A stretch of DNA of 64,000 nucleotides from Piromyces finnis finn (GCA_002104945.1 MCFH01000036.1:503929-567928), one strand, 5' to 3'. Positions 44,539 through 58,397 are shown, numbered from the stretch's first letter. Made by a program: numbers and translations. Notes: a model not told the origin generated them from the sequence alone.

Positions 44539-45148
44539 CAACAACAACAACAACAATAATAATTCGTCATCATCACATAATTATGAATATAAAAAATCAA
44601 GCAAGAAATATAACAAATTAAGTAATTATGAAATTCTTGGTTTAAATCAAAGTAATAAACCTTCTCTAAAAGAAATTAAAAATGCATATCATAAACTTGC
44701 ACTTAAATATCATCCAGACAAATGTAAAGATAAATTTATGAAAGAAGAATACGAAGAAAAAATGAAAGAAATTAATATTGCTTATGATGAATTAAAGAAA
44801 AATCATAGCAATGAAAATAATGAAAGTAATGATGATGACTATTCTTATAATAAGAATACTTCTAAAGATGCCTATAATGACTATGATGATAATAAATATA
44901 ATAATTACACTTATAATGACTATGATGACGATGAAGATGATGTTGACAATAATTATAATTACACTTATTATGATTATGATGACGATGAAGATGATGTTGA
45001 CAATAATTATAATTACACTTATTATGATTATGATGACGATGAAGATGATGATAATGATACTTATAATAATAATAAATATAATGCATATGATGATGATGAT
45101 GATGATGATTCTATTAATGATTTTTATTATTATTCTAATTTCTTTTAA
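37058..45148 (+). CDS. 23-exon XRN-like pseudo-exoribonuclease, TPR array and DnaJ-domain fusion protein (~1,870 aa estimated)
   Basis: Hand-spliced GT-AG exons stay in frame throughout, e.g. 37058-37089, 37189-37232, 37361-38349, 38446-38909, 39031-, 40116-40376, 40515-41120, 41255-41489 ... 44292-45148. XRN motifs YIEMNG, DGVSPKAKMNLQRQR, IGTEFM, GEAEYKILDYI, DDFICL, YIEGIKW, PSWSWYY, LTNEEKARN. TPR motifs such as KEEGNKFFKNGNYEDALKYY and YYHNRAA. J-domain NYEILG..YHKLALKYHPDK..MKEINIAYDEL. Confidence 0.85.
44433..44562 (+). repeat. (AAT/AAC)n poly-Asn tract in the last exon, just before the J-domain
   Basis: Read directly; in frame in ORF 44303-45148. Confidence 0.9.
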
Positions 45149-46627
45149 AAATTTGATTCTCATCGTTAGAATTAAAAAAAACATACATACATATATATAG
45201 ATTGTACATATACCATTTAGATTTAATATTTTTATCTATTACTTTAATATATAATACAGATTATATCAATAATTTTTTTAATTTTCTTTTTTTTTTTTTT
45301 TTTAAAAAAAAAAAAAGATAAAGATATAATAAAATATTAATATAAATATTAACATCAAATCATTCTTTGAAAGATTTTATTATCAAGATTTTTTTTTCTT
45401 TATGCAATATAAATTTTAAAAAATATTTATTGTAAAATAGAATCAATAAAATATTCTTTATTTTATATTAATGAGATTTATATACTAACATTATATGATT
45501 TTTATATATTCTTCTCATTTTATTTCATTATATTTCATTTCGTAATTACTGTTTAAAGTACAAGAATTTTTAGTCCGTGTGACAAGATTTTTAATTGGAA
45601 CAGTCAATAAAAATGTAAGAGAGAAAAAATATTGAAGTGTTATAACAAACTTTAAAAATTATTATTTTAATGCCATATTTAAATTTTAAAATTTAAAAGT
45701 TAATTCATTATTTTATCACAAAACAATACAATGTAATTCAACAATACTTTTTTTTTTTTCTTTTATTTGAAAATATATGTATAATATTTATAAAATAATA
45801 GGTTTTGAGAAATATTTTATGTTTGAATTATTATTATTTTTTTTTTTTACTAATAAAATTACAATATAATTGTCCTTTTATTATTAATGTTAAATATTTT
45901 TTTGTTGCTTTAAATTAATTTAATATATCTTGTATTGAAAATAAATTAATATGAAAATTTTATTATATAATTAAAGTTTATTATTAACTTTATAACACAT
46001 TTCTCTAAAATATATATAAAAAATAAAAGTTGACATTAAAGTTTTTAAGTAGTATTGACTATAACGTTAGACTCTAAATAATAAAAAATATTCTATTAAT
46101 TACTCAATTTATAAGACTTCATATAACAATACATAAAAAAAAAATATATTAATAATATTAATATTAATATTATATTTTTATGATCAATATATTTTTTTCA
46201 AGAATAGTGTTAAGTCCAGATCAAATCTATTAAAAAAGAAGATTCTTTATATGTATCTACAATATGTATACATTTTCTACATTTATTGAAAATTATTAAA
46301 AACAATATATAATTTATTAAAAGAAAAAAAGTATTAGAGAAAACGACATAAACAGTCTGAAATATGACAATTAAAAAGTAATACATCTTAAAAAATTAAA
46401 ATATTATAATAACATTTTGACTATGAATGCATTATCAATTCAAAAATTGAATCCTTTAAACATTTAAAAAGTATTAAAAAATTATCATAAAAAATCTAAT
46501 TATAAAAAAAAAGCATTCCTTTTACGATAATATTAATTTAAGAAAACTAATTTAGTTTTGCTTTATGAAAGGGTGTCTTTTTTTTTTTTCATATTGTGAT
46601 ATTGAGTTTAGAAATAAGACATATAAC

Positions 46628-46637
46628 TAAAAAATAA

Positions 46638-46641
<4 letters not shown>
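46628..46641 (+). repeat. 14-bp TSD of LINE copy 2 (TAAAAAATAATATA)
   Basis: Repeated at 49937-49950; the first T overlaps the truncation point. Confidence 0.85.
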
Positions 46642-46681
<40 letters not shown>

Positions 46682-49600
46682 GGCATCAAATATTTTAAAC
46701 TTTATTATTAATTTAATTAAAATTATAATACATGTAATAAAAAAATTAAAAATAAAAATAAAAATAAAAAAAAATATGTTTAATTAAACACAAATGAATA
46801 AAAATTGGGTATAATGTATTCTAGTAATTTTAATTAAAGTAAGAAAGCCACTATCATACTAAAGTATAATAATTGTATTTGACTTCCAATGGGACACCGA
46901 GCCAAAGATCAAAATTTTGTCATGGAACAAAATTATGATCTCCATTGGTTGCGCTGGCCCTCCTGGCCTGTCTTACTGTTTCTTCAGCATTGACGCTCTT
47001 GGATGTTGCTTCAAACCTTTTGAACATTGACCATTGCTGGCCAATAGCAAAAGGCATGATTTTGGTTAGAAGTTCCGCGGTTACCGTCAAGAATGGTGTT
47101 CCTTCGTTAGTACCAGATTGAATCTGACGCTTACAAAGTTCTTTCCATTCCCTTGAATTGTAATTGATATTGTTAAAACTTCTTCCCCCAAGAAGGAATT
47201 TAAATATTTTACTGCACACACTAGAATAATCATACACATTAATATTCACCGGATTATTAGAACTATTACTATCATTAACTAAATTACTATCTAAATTAGA
47301 ATTATTATCTTCACTATTGCTATCATTACTAATATTATTATTTCTATTACTACTATTGTTATTATTACTATTGTTACTATTACTATTGTTATTACTACTA
47401 TTGTTACTATTACTATTAATATTATTACTATCTCTACTGATATTATCAATTTCATTATTATTGATAGGACTATTGGAATTACGTTGACTGAAAAAATTTA
47501 ATAGCTGGACTATGGAATCATAATGTTTAATACGGATATCTCTAAATGTTGGACAATCTAATAACCAATGTTTAATACTTTGATCTCCACACTTGCAACA
47601 TGGACAGTAGTTAGGACAAACTGGATCAACAAATTTGGCAGCTTTGGCAACTCTAGCATCCAACTTGTATCCGCTTCTTGCTTTCAATAGCCAGTAGAAG
47701 CCATAGGCAAACTCTGGGTATTCATAACATAATTTAATAAAATCTTTAGTTTCAATAAATTTATTATCATCATAATATTGCGCTTTGATTGAATTCCTTT
47801 TGAGATCTTTCCAATAAAAGTTTTTAACTGCTTTAACATCTCCATGTTTCTTTAGTTTTTTATCAAGTGTCCTACTTGATTTGCACCACGTGTATTTTCT
47901 AAATTTAGGAATGTAATTGACAAGGTGTGAGATAATACAATTTGAGTTTTTCCATTTGTTAAAACATCTAACCTGAGCTAATGCACATTTGGCTGACAAT
48001 GGAGGAATATTCAAATCTTTTGAGATAGAGTATAAAGATATAAACGATACAGCTTTATGAACTCCGGCAACCCATCGTAATCCTTTGTTAACATGCTTCT
48101 GAGCAATCCTAGACCTGGCTTTGTTGGATCCAAGTAATGGTGCAAAGTATGAAACTCTGCTAATCACTTGTGAGTTAAGTACTAGTTTTTTGAAAGGAAT
48201 AGGAATATTAGGATTTCTTAAGAATTTACTGACTGAAAAAAGTCCTTTCAAAACCTTGTTATTAAGAGCTTTAATAACTGGTTTAAGGGACAGATTCTTA
48301 TCAAATGGAACACCAAGATAAGTATAGCAATCAGTAGTTGGAATGGGTTGTCCTGCTAAGTAAAATGTTGGATCTCTCTTGTTCTGATTTTCTATTGATT
48401 CAGGACGAATCACCATCGTTGAACATTTCTGGATACCAAATTCCATTTCATTATACAAGGCCCATTCATTAACTCTTCTAAGCATCTTTTTTAAGCATCC
48501 TCTTGTTGGAGCACAAATAACTATATCATCTGCAAAAAGTCCACCACAGCATCGAGTGTCACCTAAACTGACTCCTAGATCTTCGCACTCTCTAAATATA
48601 TCATTAATAAAGAGATTAAAGAGAATAGGAGAAAGAGGGCAACCTTGACGGACTCCTTTCTTCACATCAAAAGATTTCGAGAATTGTCCATCTAATTTGA
48701 CATTAGCCTTAGATGTTAAATATAAATTTTTGATGAATTGTAAACTCTTACCTCGGATTCCTAAACAATCTAATTTATGGAGAATATTACCGATTGGGAC
48801 TGAATCGTATGCTTTCCTGAGATCTAAAAAGGCCAAATATGTCTCTTTATTATCTAATTGACGTCTACGGCATATTTCTTGGATTGAAATGAAAAGACTA
48901 ATACTTTCTTCCTTTTTTCGAAAACCAAATTGTTCAGGTCTAATGAAATTATTCTTTAAACCATATTCTGAGATTCTAGTGGTGACAATTTTGGAAATCA
49001 ACTTAATACCATTATTGATAAGTGATATACCTCGATAGTTATCACAATCTGTCAAATCTCCCTTCTTAGGAATAGAAACAATACTGGATTCATTCCAAGA
49101 GCTGGGGAAATCTCCATCCCAAATACGGTTAAATAATTTAAGAATAAAATTTAAACCATGAGCATCATTATCTGAAGTAGTATTACCAGAAGAATTATTA
49201 TCTGTAGCATTATTAGAATCATTACTTGATGGAATTAATGCTTTGTAAAATTCAATTGGAATACCATCCGGACCTGATGCTTTATAATTTGGAGTAGAGA
49301 GGATAGCTGACTTGACTTCATCAATACTAATATCTTGGTTGATATCCCACTCATCAAGCATAGGAAGTGAAAAACGTTTATTCGTTGGTTCTTCATACCA
49401 ATGCTCCAAATCAAGACTTACACCACTTGGGTCTGATGCAAGATTTTCGAAATGATCATGCCACACATCTAGTTGTTCTTCCGTAGCAACAACTAATTCT
49501 CCATTTTTATTTTTAATTGGTTGAGCAATAAAGAAAGAATCTTTTCCAATTTTTGCAGTTTTCTTGATCCATTTCCAGGCCTTCTTAGGATTATGACTCT

Positions 49601-49937
49601 TCATATACTCACATCCTGTTTTAATCCAATGAAGATATTCTTGCTTCCTAAATTCATTACATCTTTTGTGGATGTAATCAATGAGTTTACGGTAGATTTT
49701 AATTCTTTTAATAAATTCATCTATATCATAAATTCTTTCTTTTTTAAATCTCTTATACAACTTCATTTTGATTTTTTGGAGATTAAAAATTTGTTGTGAA
49801 ATATGAAATGAAGACTTTATAACATTATTTGCTGAGGTAATACTGAGCTCGTCTGCAATTGAAAAAGCAGTTGAAGTAAATTCTTTGGAAAGTTCATCTG
49901 TAGAAACATTAGGATCGTTGGATTTTGCTGAAAGTAT
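46642..49937 (-). mobile_element. 5'-truncated LINE, copy 2
   Basis: A37 tail (T run 46642-46678) and the same 3' UTR as the other copies. RT and CCHC are intact; the element is truncated at ILSAK just after the endonuclease domain; TSD present. Confidence 0.96.
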
Positions 49938-50518
49938 AAAAAATAATATAAATTTATAAATAATCATACCTTTAACCAATTAACAATACTATTATATTAT
50001 TGTATATATATTTTTAATATATATTATGATATGACAAACTCTAATAATAATAATAATAATTACAATAATAATAATACAATAGTAAAAAAAAAATAGTATA
50101 TAATTATGAATAAACTTTATTGTTTTATTTTTTAATATAATAATGAAGTTTTTGTTAATATTTTATAATGGATTATTTAATAATATTTTACATTTATCGT
50201 TTTTTAAATATTTATATATTTTTTGATATTTTTAATTAATATATGCTTATTTTTATATGTATTATTTTTATAGTTAATATATATCTTTAATATTTTTTTT
50301 TTCTATTTTATAATTTTTAATTTCTATTAGTAAGTAAATATAAATTTATTTATATTTATATTACTTTTGATTCCTTAATTTAATGTTATGAAATCTTAAT
50401 TTTTCATTATGTATGTAATAAAAAATTAAATATCTCATTTTTAATTAATAATTTTCTTTTTCTTTTTTTTCTTCCTAAAAACACAATTATAATTATGTTT
50501 ATAATATTTTTAACATTC

Positions 50519-51634
50519 TTATGAGTTAATAAGAATGAAGAATGCTCTTTGATATTTTTCTACACCATCTCTTGCACCCATCATAAGAGTGTCATGAGTA
50601 CTATGATATCCTTCATCATAATAATATATAATTTCGGTACTAGGTGATACACGATTAATTTGATTCATAAGATCTGTAGCTGAATTCTTTGGAATAAGCT
50701 GATCTTCATCAGAGTAATAGAATATCATTTTTGGCATACCAAAGTCAATATTTGCATTATTCCTTATAAGATCTTGTAGAATGGTTGTTGGACTGACATA
50801 TGGTGAATTAAAGAGATTATCAAATATTTTCTTTATAAGACCACTTTCTAAGTCACGTCCAATTAACATTTTTGTAACTTGATTCAAATTATTTAAATCG
50901 TATGGACCACTAATTAATACTAATTTTTCAAGTCTTGGTAAGATACCAATGACTTCACCCTTATTATACATTTTAAGAGCAGTTTTAACAATGGTCAAAG
51001 CAGTAATATGAGCACCAGCAGAATAAGCAACTAAATGAATTCTATCTCTATCACCACCATATATATAACCATAGTACCATACCCATCTAATAATTCTATG
51101 AATATCATCTACCATATCTTCTATATTACCTTCTGGGAATAAAGTATAATTTGGTAGAAATGCAACATAATTATTTCTAGCAAGAGCAGCACCAACTTCA
51201 ATGAAATTATATTTATCACCTTTAACCCAAGCACCACCGTGAATAAAGATAACAACAGGTTTTAAAGTTTCGGTATCAAGTTTATTATAATAAACATCAA
51301 CTAAATTTTTACTTCCTGGACCATATCTTACATTTGAACTATTATTAGTGAAAAAAAAAAAATAAATAAAACAGATATATTAATTTTTCTTATTTTTTGT
51401 ATTTCTTTTATTATTATCTTTTTATTATAATAATTATATAATAAAATAAAACTGATGCTAATTTTTTTTATATAAAAATATAATTTAATAAAATACGTAC
51501 GCAGTAGTCATTTTGTTATTTAATGTTCCTGAATTTTTAGCCCATGATATTAAATCTTCAATTGGACCAGCTTGAGTTCCATTTAATAAAAGAACTGAGA
51601 AAATTATCAAAGATAATAAGGATAAGAATTTCAT
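50519..51634 (-). CDS. Secreted alpha/beta hydrolase (HGG-type esterase/lipase), two exons, 317 aa
   Basis: Exon 1 51634-51501 (signal peptide MKFLSLLSLIIFSVLLLNGTQA; donor GTACGT), exon 2 51338-50519. Motifs VVIFIHGGAW, nucleophile elbow AYSAG, DQLIP and HSTH. Confidence 0.88.
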
Positions 51635-52589
51635 ATTTGCTTTATTTTATTTATTTAAATTTTATTTTACTTTATTATTTTTTTTTGTTTTATTTTATTT
51701 TTATTTTTATTTCTTATTTTTTTTTATTTTTTAAAGTTTTTTATTTTATTTATTTATTATTTTTGTGATATTCCCCTTTCACCGAATATACACACACACA
51801 CTTTTTTTGCAAAAGAATAAATACTATTTTTATTAATGTTATTAAAATAAATAATAAAAAAAATAAAATTAGTAAAAAAAAAAAAAGAGACAAAAAGGTT
51901 CCTTTTATATTTTATTATTTTTTTATTACTTGTATTACTTTAATTAAAACAATAGAATTTTTTTTTTTGCATTGTTATTGGTATTGTTTTTTCATATAAA
52001 AATGGGTATAATGCTTTTATTATTTGTATTGTTAAATGAGATATTACGTTACACGATCCATTTATTATTTGTACAACTCATGTTTTAATTTCTATGTTAA
52101 TAAATACTTTTGAATTTAATTTATTAATAACTTGAGCTGAAACTTTATTTCTATTAAAAATGTATTTGAGTAACCTTAATTTAATTAAGAAATGTTTTAG
52201 AAACATAATGGCTAGAAAGATGTCATTTTTTCTATGACAATAAAATAATCACTAAAATAATAAAAAAAAGTTTCAAATTTAATTATTAATAAAAGGTTAA
52301 ACTATACATATTTGTGTTATAAAAGATTATTATTAATTATTATTATTTATATTTCTTGATGGTTTTTTTTTTTTCAAAACACTTATTTTGACAATCTATT
52401 ACCATTATAAAAAATACTTTAAAAAAAAAAAAAAACATAAAAGTATATACGGATATACTATTGATAACAATTTAATAAATTATTATGAAAAAGGAAAGAT
52501 AATTTTTAATTGCATTAAAAAGGAAAGATTAATTAAAAGATAAAGTTAACTCTATAGAAATTACAAATATTATTAATAATTTATAATTA

Positions 52590-52665
52590 AAAAAGAACAT
52601 TTTCTATAATTAATAGAAAAAAGAACATTTTCTATAATTAATAGAAAAAAAAACATTTTCTATAA
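52590..52665. repeat. ~28-bp tandem repeat, about 2.7 copies
   Basis: Unit AAAAAAGAACATTTTCTATAATTAATAG. Confidence 0.75.
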
Positions 52666-52851
52666 TAAAATAAATATTAAAAAAGATAACATAGATCATC
52701 TAGAATTTAATAATTATATAGCCAACGCATAATAAATATATAATAAGCCACAAAGAATTAATTAAAACTATAAATCTATTATTAGAAAATATTATTATTT
52801 ATATTATTTTTTTTTTCTAATAATAACTTTGAAAAATAAAATAGAATGGCA

Positions 52852-53019
52852 AATTAAATGGTTTAATATAACAATAGAAAAAGATAAAATAATGGGAATT
52901 ATTAGAATTAAATGGTTTAATATAACAATAGAAAAAGATAAAATAATGGGAATTATTAGAATTAAATGGTTTAATATAACAATAGAAAAAGATAAAATAA
53001 TGGGAATTATTAGAATTAA
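52852..53019. repeat. 54-bp perfect tandem repeat x3
   Basis: Units start at 52852, 52906 and 52960; no spacers. Confidence 0.92.
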
Positions 53020-53486
53020 TTTCTTTTATTGTAGTAAGTAATGTCTTTAGTTTCATTCTTTAGAATGAAACTAATATTAATATAATTATGATTTCTACAA
53101 AAAAATAATTTGTAATTTATTGTATACAATTTCAACTTTCCTCAAAGATAAAATAAATTAAAGAAAAAACCAAAAAAAAAAATTTAATATATTTTCTTTA
53201 TATTTAATAATAATTAATATAAATTTAATTTATTTAATAAAAATAATGTTTTCTAATTCATTTTTTTTATACTTTAAATAGAAATGAATCTAGTCATTTT
53301 TAATTCGTTCAAATGGGATACATATTTCCATTTTACTCCTAAAATTTAAAAAAAAAAAAAATCGAAATACATTAATTTATGATATATTTATGTAAAAACG
53401 TGATTTAAATAACAGTTTATTCTACAAAAAAAAAAGATATTTATAGTTGTTTTTTGACAAAAAAAAATTATTATTACTATAATTAC

Positions 53487-53835
<349 letters not shown>

Positions 53836-55287
53836 CCTTGAAGTAGATTTAATGATATATAAGAAAAATTACTTATTACCAGTGTAATTGAAATATTAAA
53901 ATTTTTTATTAATTGTTAAATTCAAATAATATTGAAATATTATAAAAATTATATTTTTCTATATAAAAATTATATTTAATGTTTTATATAGAAAAATGAA
54001 ATATGATAACAAAAAGTTTAATCTATGAAAACTTATATATATATGTATATCATTCTACACTCAAAATCAAAAGGCTATTTATTTGAATTTCTATAAAATA
54101 AATAAATATATATATATATTTTTTATAATAATCACTTTGCTTAACCACGCTATATTAAATTTATCCCAGAAAACAAAAAACCATAATCTCTGGGAAAAAA
54201 AAAACAGTTATTTTTATGTATAGTTTACTTTAAAATTTTTTAATATAAAATTTAATTTATATTTGATTTCTACTTTTTTGTAAAGCGACTTTTTTTTTTA
54301 TGGATGCAACATCATTTAAATATTGGCTTCTATAGTTATTTTAAGTAAATTTAAAAGAAAGTGTTTTAAAAAATTTTAACAAAAATAAAAGTTCATTACA
54401 TCGTATCATTAATAATAAGAAGCAATAATAAATAAAAAAGAAATAAGTAATAATACTAGACAAATAAATAATAATAATATTAGATTTATAGAATAAAAAT
54501 AATTGTAATTTAGGGTATTATCTATTATATTATACTTTTTTACTATATAGTTAATAATAATTTATTTAACTATAATAAAGATAAATAACAATAAATAATA
54601 ATACCAAATTAAAAGTTGTTTGTATTGTTATGTTATTTCATTATAATATAATATTTATATAATATTTTTATAATTATTTTAGTTGTATTGATCCATATAA
54701 AACTACAGATTATATAAACTGATTGTACCATTTTTGATATATTATGGAATTAGTAAACATAAATTTATTATTATGAATTTTAAGTAACTTAAAATAAGTT
54801 AGAGCTTAATTATTTTATCAAAATTTTATAATAAAATTAAACTTTAACACTGCTAATATTTTGATTATTGAAAGAGATCAAAATATATAACTTTTGTTAA
54901 ATTAATGGCTAACTTTAATATTCAATAACTTCTTTATTAAATTACACTTTAAAAGTAAAAAAAAATAAATGCTTCTATTAAATAAAACTATTTTGATGTT
55001 TAATGTAACAATCCATATTATTTCTTATAAATCATTTTATAAAAATATAGCTTATACAATTATATAGTAAGATATAATAATATAATAATATTTTTTTTTT
55101 GAACTAACATTCGAAATTAAGGTTTTATCAAATTATATCAATTTTTCTTCGAACTGGAGAATCAAAATAAAGTAAGGTAAATATATAATTTTTATAAAAT
55201 ATTATAAAAGAATAGTAATATATTTCATTAAATTAAATAATTAACCCTAGAATAAATATTTAATATATTATCTAAATATTCTTAATA

Positions 55288-55490
55288 TTTCTTTAGTAAT
55301 AACACTCATGGTTATTGCTTTATACCTTTTGAACATTGATCATTATTTGCCAATAACATAAGTGACCGTCAAAAATGAAGAGATTCTACGTATTTTGTTT
55401 AATATTTAATATAACACTTTTAAAAGTTCTTTTCATTCCCTAGAATTATCATTATCGTTATTTAGAGTTATCAAAAATAAATATATTTTA
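55288..55490 (-). pseudogene. Decayed LINE C-terminal relic
   Basis: Translates as NSRE*KELLK..FLTVT..IGK**SMFKRYKA, versus NSREWKELCK..FLTVT..IGQQWSMFKRFEA in the young family. Confidence 0.8.
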
Positions 55491-56163
55491 ATATATTAAT
55501 AAATTATTTCTTAATATTTTTTAATACAATTTAACATTATCAATATAATATTACAATTTAGAAATATTTTTACATAAATTATATAAAAGGATTATTATTA
55601 TTTTTTATATCATTATAGTTATTCTATTAATCAAGAAGGATGATTAGTATTATGGTATTATTTTTTATGAAATAAATATTAAATCCATCCTATATTGTTA
55701 ATGCAATTTTAATTTTTAAAATGAATTATATAATATTTTATTGCTTATACACATTAAATACACATTAAATACACTTTATAATTTATCTAAATTTTAATCT
55801 TTTTTCTTTTTTATTATAATTATTAACTTTATTTTTTATAATTATTTACATGAAATTGAAATTAGTTTAATAACAAATATATATAGGAATTAATTAATTT
55901 ACATATAATATTATAATATCATTTAATTTTATAATAGTAGGAGGTGAATGAAGTATTAAAGTAAAATATGTTTTATTAAATAAAATATAAGATATGTAAT
56001 ATATTTAATACTTTAGGATATGTTATATTTAGAATAGTAATATATAATAATAATGATAATAAGGATAAGATGGAATTTATATTTGGTTATTATTCATTTT
56101 TTTTTTTTTTTTAGTTGTTGGTTTCATTTATTTTTTTAATTATTTTATTTTTTTTTATTATAG

Positions 56164-56808
56164 TTATTGTACTAGAATTGTACGACGTTGAGTTTTTGGT
56201 ATTGAAATTTTAGGAATAATTACTTCTAATACTCCATTTTCCATTTTAGCTTCAATCTTTTCAATATCTCCTGTTTCAGGAATACTAAAGGATCTTGAAA
56301 ATTTACCATATTCACATTCCATTTTTGAATATTTCATTCCTTCAACATTATTTTTCTTTGCTCTTTCTCCTGAAATACTAATAATATTATCTTCTGATAA
56401 TTCCATATGAATTTATTCTTTACTCATTCCTGGTAAATCAATTTGTATATAATAATTCTTTTCATCTTCACATAAATTATTCTTTGGACGGAAATCAACT
56501 AATTTATAAACATCTTTATCAAATGGATGGTAGGATGATTGTCCTTTAACACTAGATTTTGTATTTGATTTACCGGCGGTAGCTTTTGTATTTGGTTTAG
56601 CAATGGTGGTGGCATTAGAATGAAGTTGAGTAGGATAAGCATAAGGAGAATAACCAAAGAAGAAACCAGGGAAAGCAGTAGAAGTGAAAGGATGAGAATA
56701 GTCTTCACCGTCATCAGAAATATCACACTTGTTATCATCCAAGATAGAATTATTTAAGATAGAACGGTCACTTTCACGAATTGGATCATTTAAAAAGAAT
56801 AAAGACAT
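56164..56808 (-). pseudogene. hsp20: Hsp20 copy H with a nonsense codon
   Basis: CAA (Gln132) is TAA at 56415-56413; otherwise collinear with the other copies. Confidence 0.85.
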
Positions 56809-57295
56809 TTTTGATATTTTGATATTTCTTTTTTTTAAATATATTTTAATTATATGATTGTTATTTTATAATTGTTATTTTATAATTGTTATTTTATAAT
56901 TGATTTTAATTTTATATATTAATTTTAAATTATTGATAATATATAATATATAGTTTTATAGTTATATAAGTTATATAGTTATATAGTTGTATAGTTGTGT
57001 AGTTGAATAGTTGAATAGTTGTATAGTTATAACACTTTTATATTAAATATTTATTTTATTTATATTTAATAATATTTTATTTATTAATATTTTTAATATT
57101 ATTTATTTAATAATTAAATAATGAATATAATGATTATTTAAAAAAAAAAAAAAAAAAGAATGTTTGAGGTATTTATATTTTTTCATATAAAATAAAAAGT
57201 CTCTTTTTTTTCTTTCTTTCTTTCTTTCGTTAAATTATTTTATTATTATTTTATTAATGAATTATAAAAACAGAAAAAAAATTAAAATTATTCTC

Positions 57296-57325
57296 TTTCT
57301 ATAAAATTACAGAATTTTGTAGAAA
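57296..57325. promoter_or_regulatory. Degenerate HSE array upstream of Hsp20-H
   Basis: Same array as at 19947. Confidence 0.55.
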
Positions 57326-57850
57326 TTTTTAAATGTCGATTTTTCTATAGAAGAAATTTTTTTAAAAAATTTTTTATATTAATTTTTCCACCAATTTGTA
57401 GAATTTTTTTTTAAAAAGAATTTTTAAATTTTTACCAAGAAAGACAATAAAAATCATTGAAATCATGCCAGACCATCTTTAAAAACCGATAATTTAGCAG
57501 AATATTTACTAATATTTTATATGCTGATGCTTTATATGCTGATCCTTTATAATAATGATATCTTACAATATTTTATAATATTTTATAATAAATGTATACT
57601 TTTTTGAATAATCTTAATACGAATATTGCATTTATTTTAAAATATTAAATAATTTCATTTATAATAATGATGAATGATGATTTTAATTGATTTATGAATC
57701 ATTATTATTTATTTATTTTCTTTTTCATTAATTGTCTTAGATATATATACTTATATATATTTATATATTTCTTAATTAAAATGGTTTAAATGTCAGAAAC
57801 TATCAAAAATAAATATATTTTAATATGGTAATAAAACATTACTTACATAT

Positions 57851-58397
57851 GTATGAATGTCAGAACACTTTGTGTTACAGATGTAACTTGACCACTTAAA
57901 GGTCTTCTTAGGCTTTTTGAAACCACCAGAAGTGTCTTTTTTACAAGACACAAGGATCGGTTTGTGATCAGAAACATCGTGAAAAATTTCACAAACTGAA
58001 GATTTGTTTATGTGTTCTGTCATAGCTTTGTTGTATATAACATGGTCAATGCATGAAGATTTAGATCCTTTTTCCCATGTAAAATTATTACCAGTTAGCT
58101 CAGCCATAGTTCAATCAGGGAAGTGTTGTGATATATAAGATTTGATTTTAATAGCAGATGTATTGAAGTCTCCTACAAGGATAGTTGGGTGGTTGAATTT
58201 GTTATGTGTTGTTAACCACTTATTAAGTTCATCAAAGGCAATTAATCTAGCATCCGGCCATCTAGTTTGCGGAAATTAAATATTACCTATGGTACATCTC
58301 TGGTTCCAAAATGACAGTATTGTAACTTAAATAATGTACTTATATAGAAGAGGTTCAGGAGTAAAGGAACAAGAGTTATGAACACATGTAATATAAA
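57851..58397 (-). pseudogene. Decayed APE-endonuclease fragment of a diverged LINE family
   Basis: HNSC..KYII*VTILSFWNQRCTIGNI*FP..HPTILVGDFN..PD*TM..CIDHVI..VSDHKPIL; three in-frame stops; homologous to but clearly distinct from the young family. Confidence 0.85.

Noticed and set aside
46628-49950. Strict sequence-specific targeting by the LINE family
   Set aside because: The two TSDs (AATGTCAAAATAT and TATATTATTTTTTA in element orientation) share nothing beyond AT richness.
52852-53019. 54-bp direct repeats as CRISPR or as a small repeat protein (ORF 52829-53041)
   Set aside because: No spacers, no cas genes, eukaryotic context; the unit length being a multiple of 3 explains the ORF.
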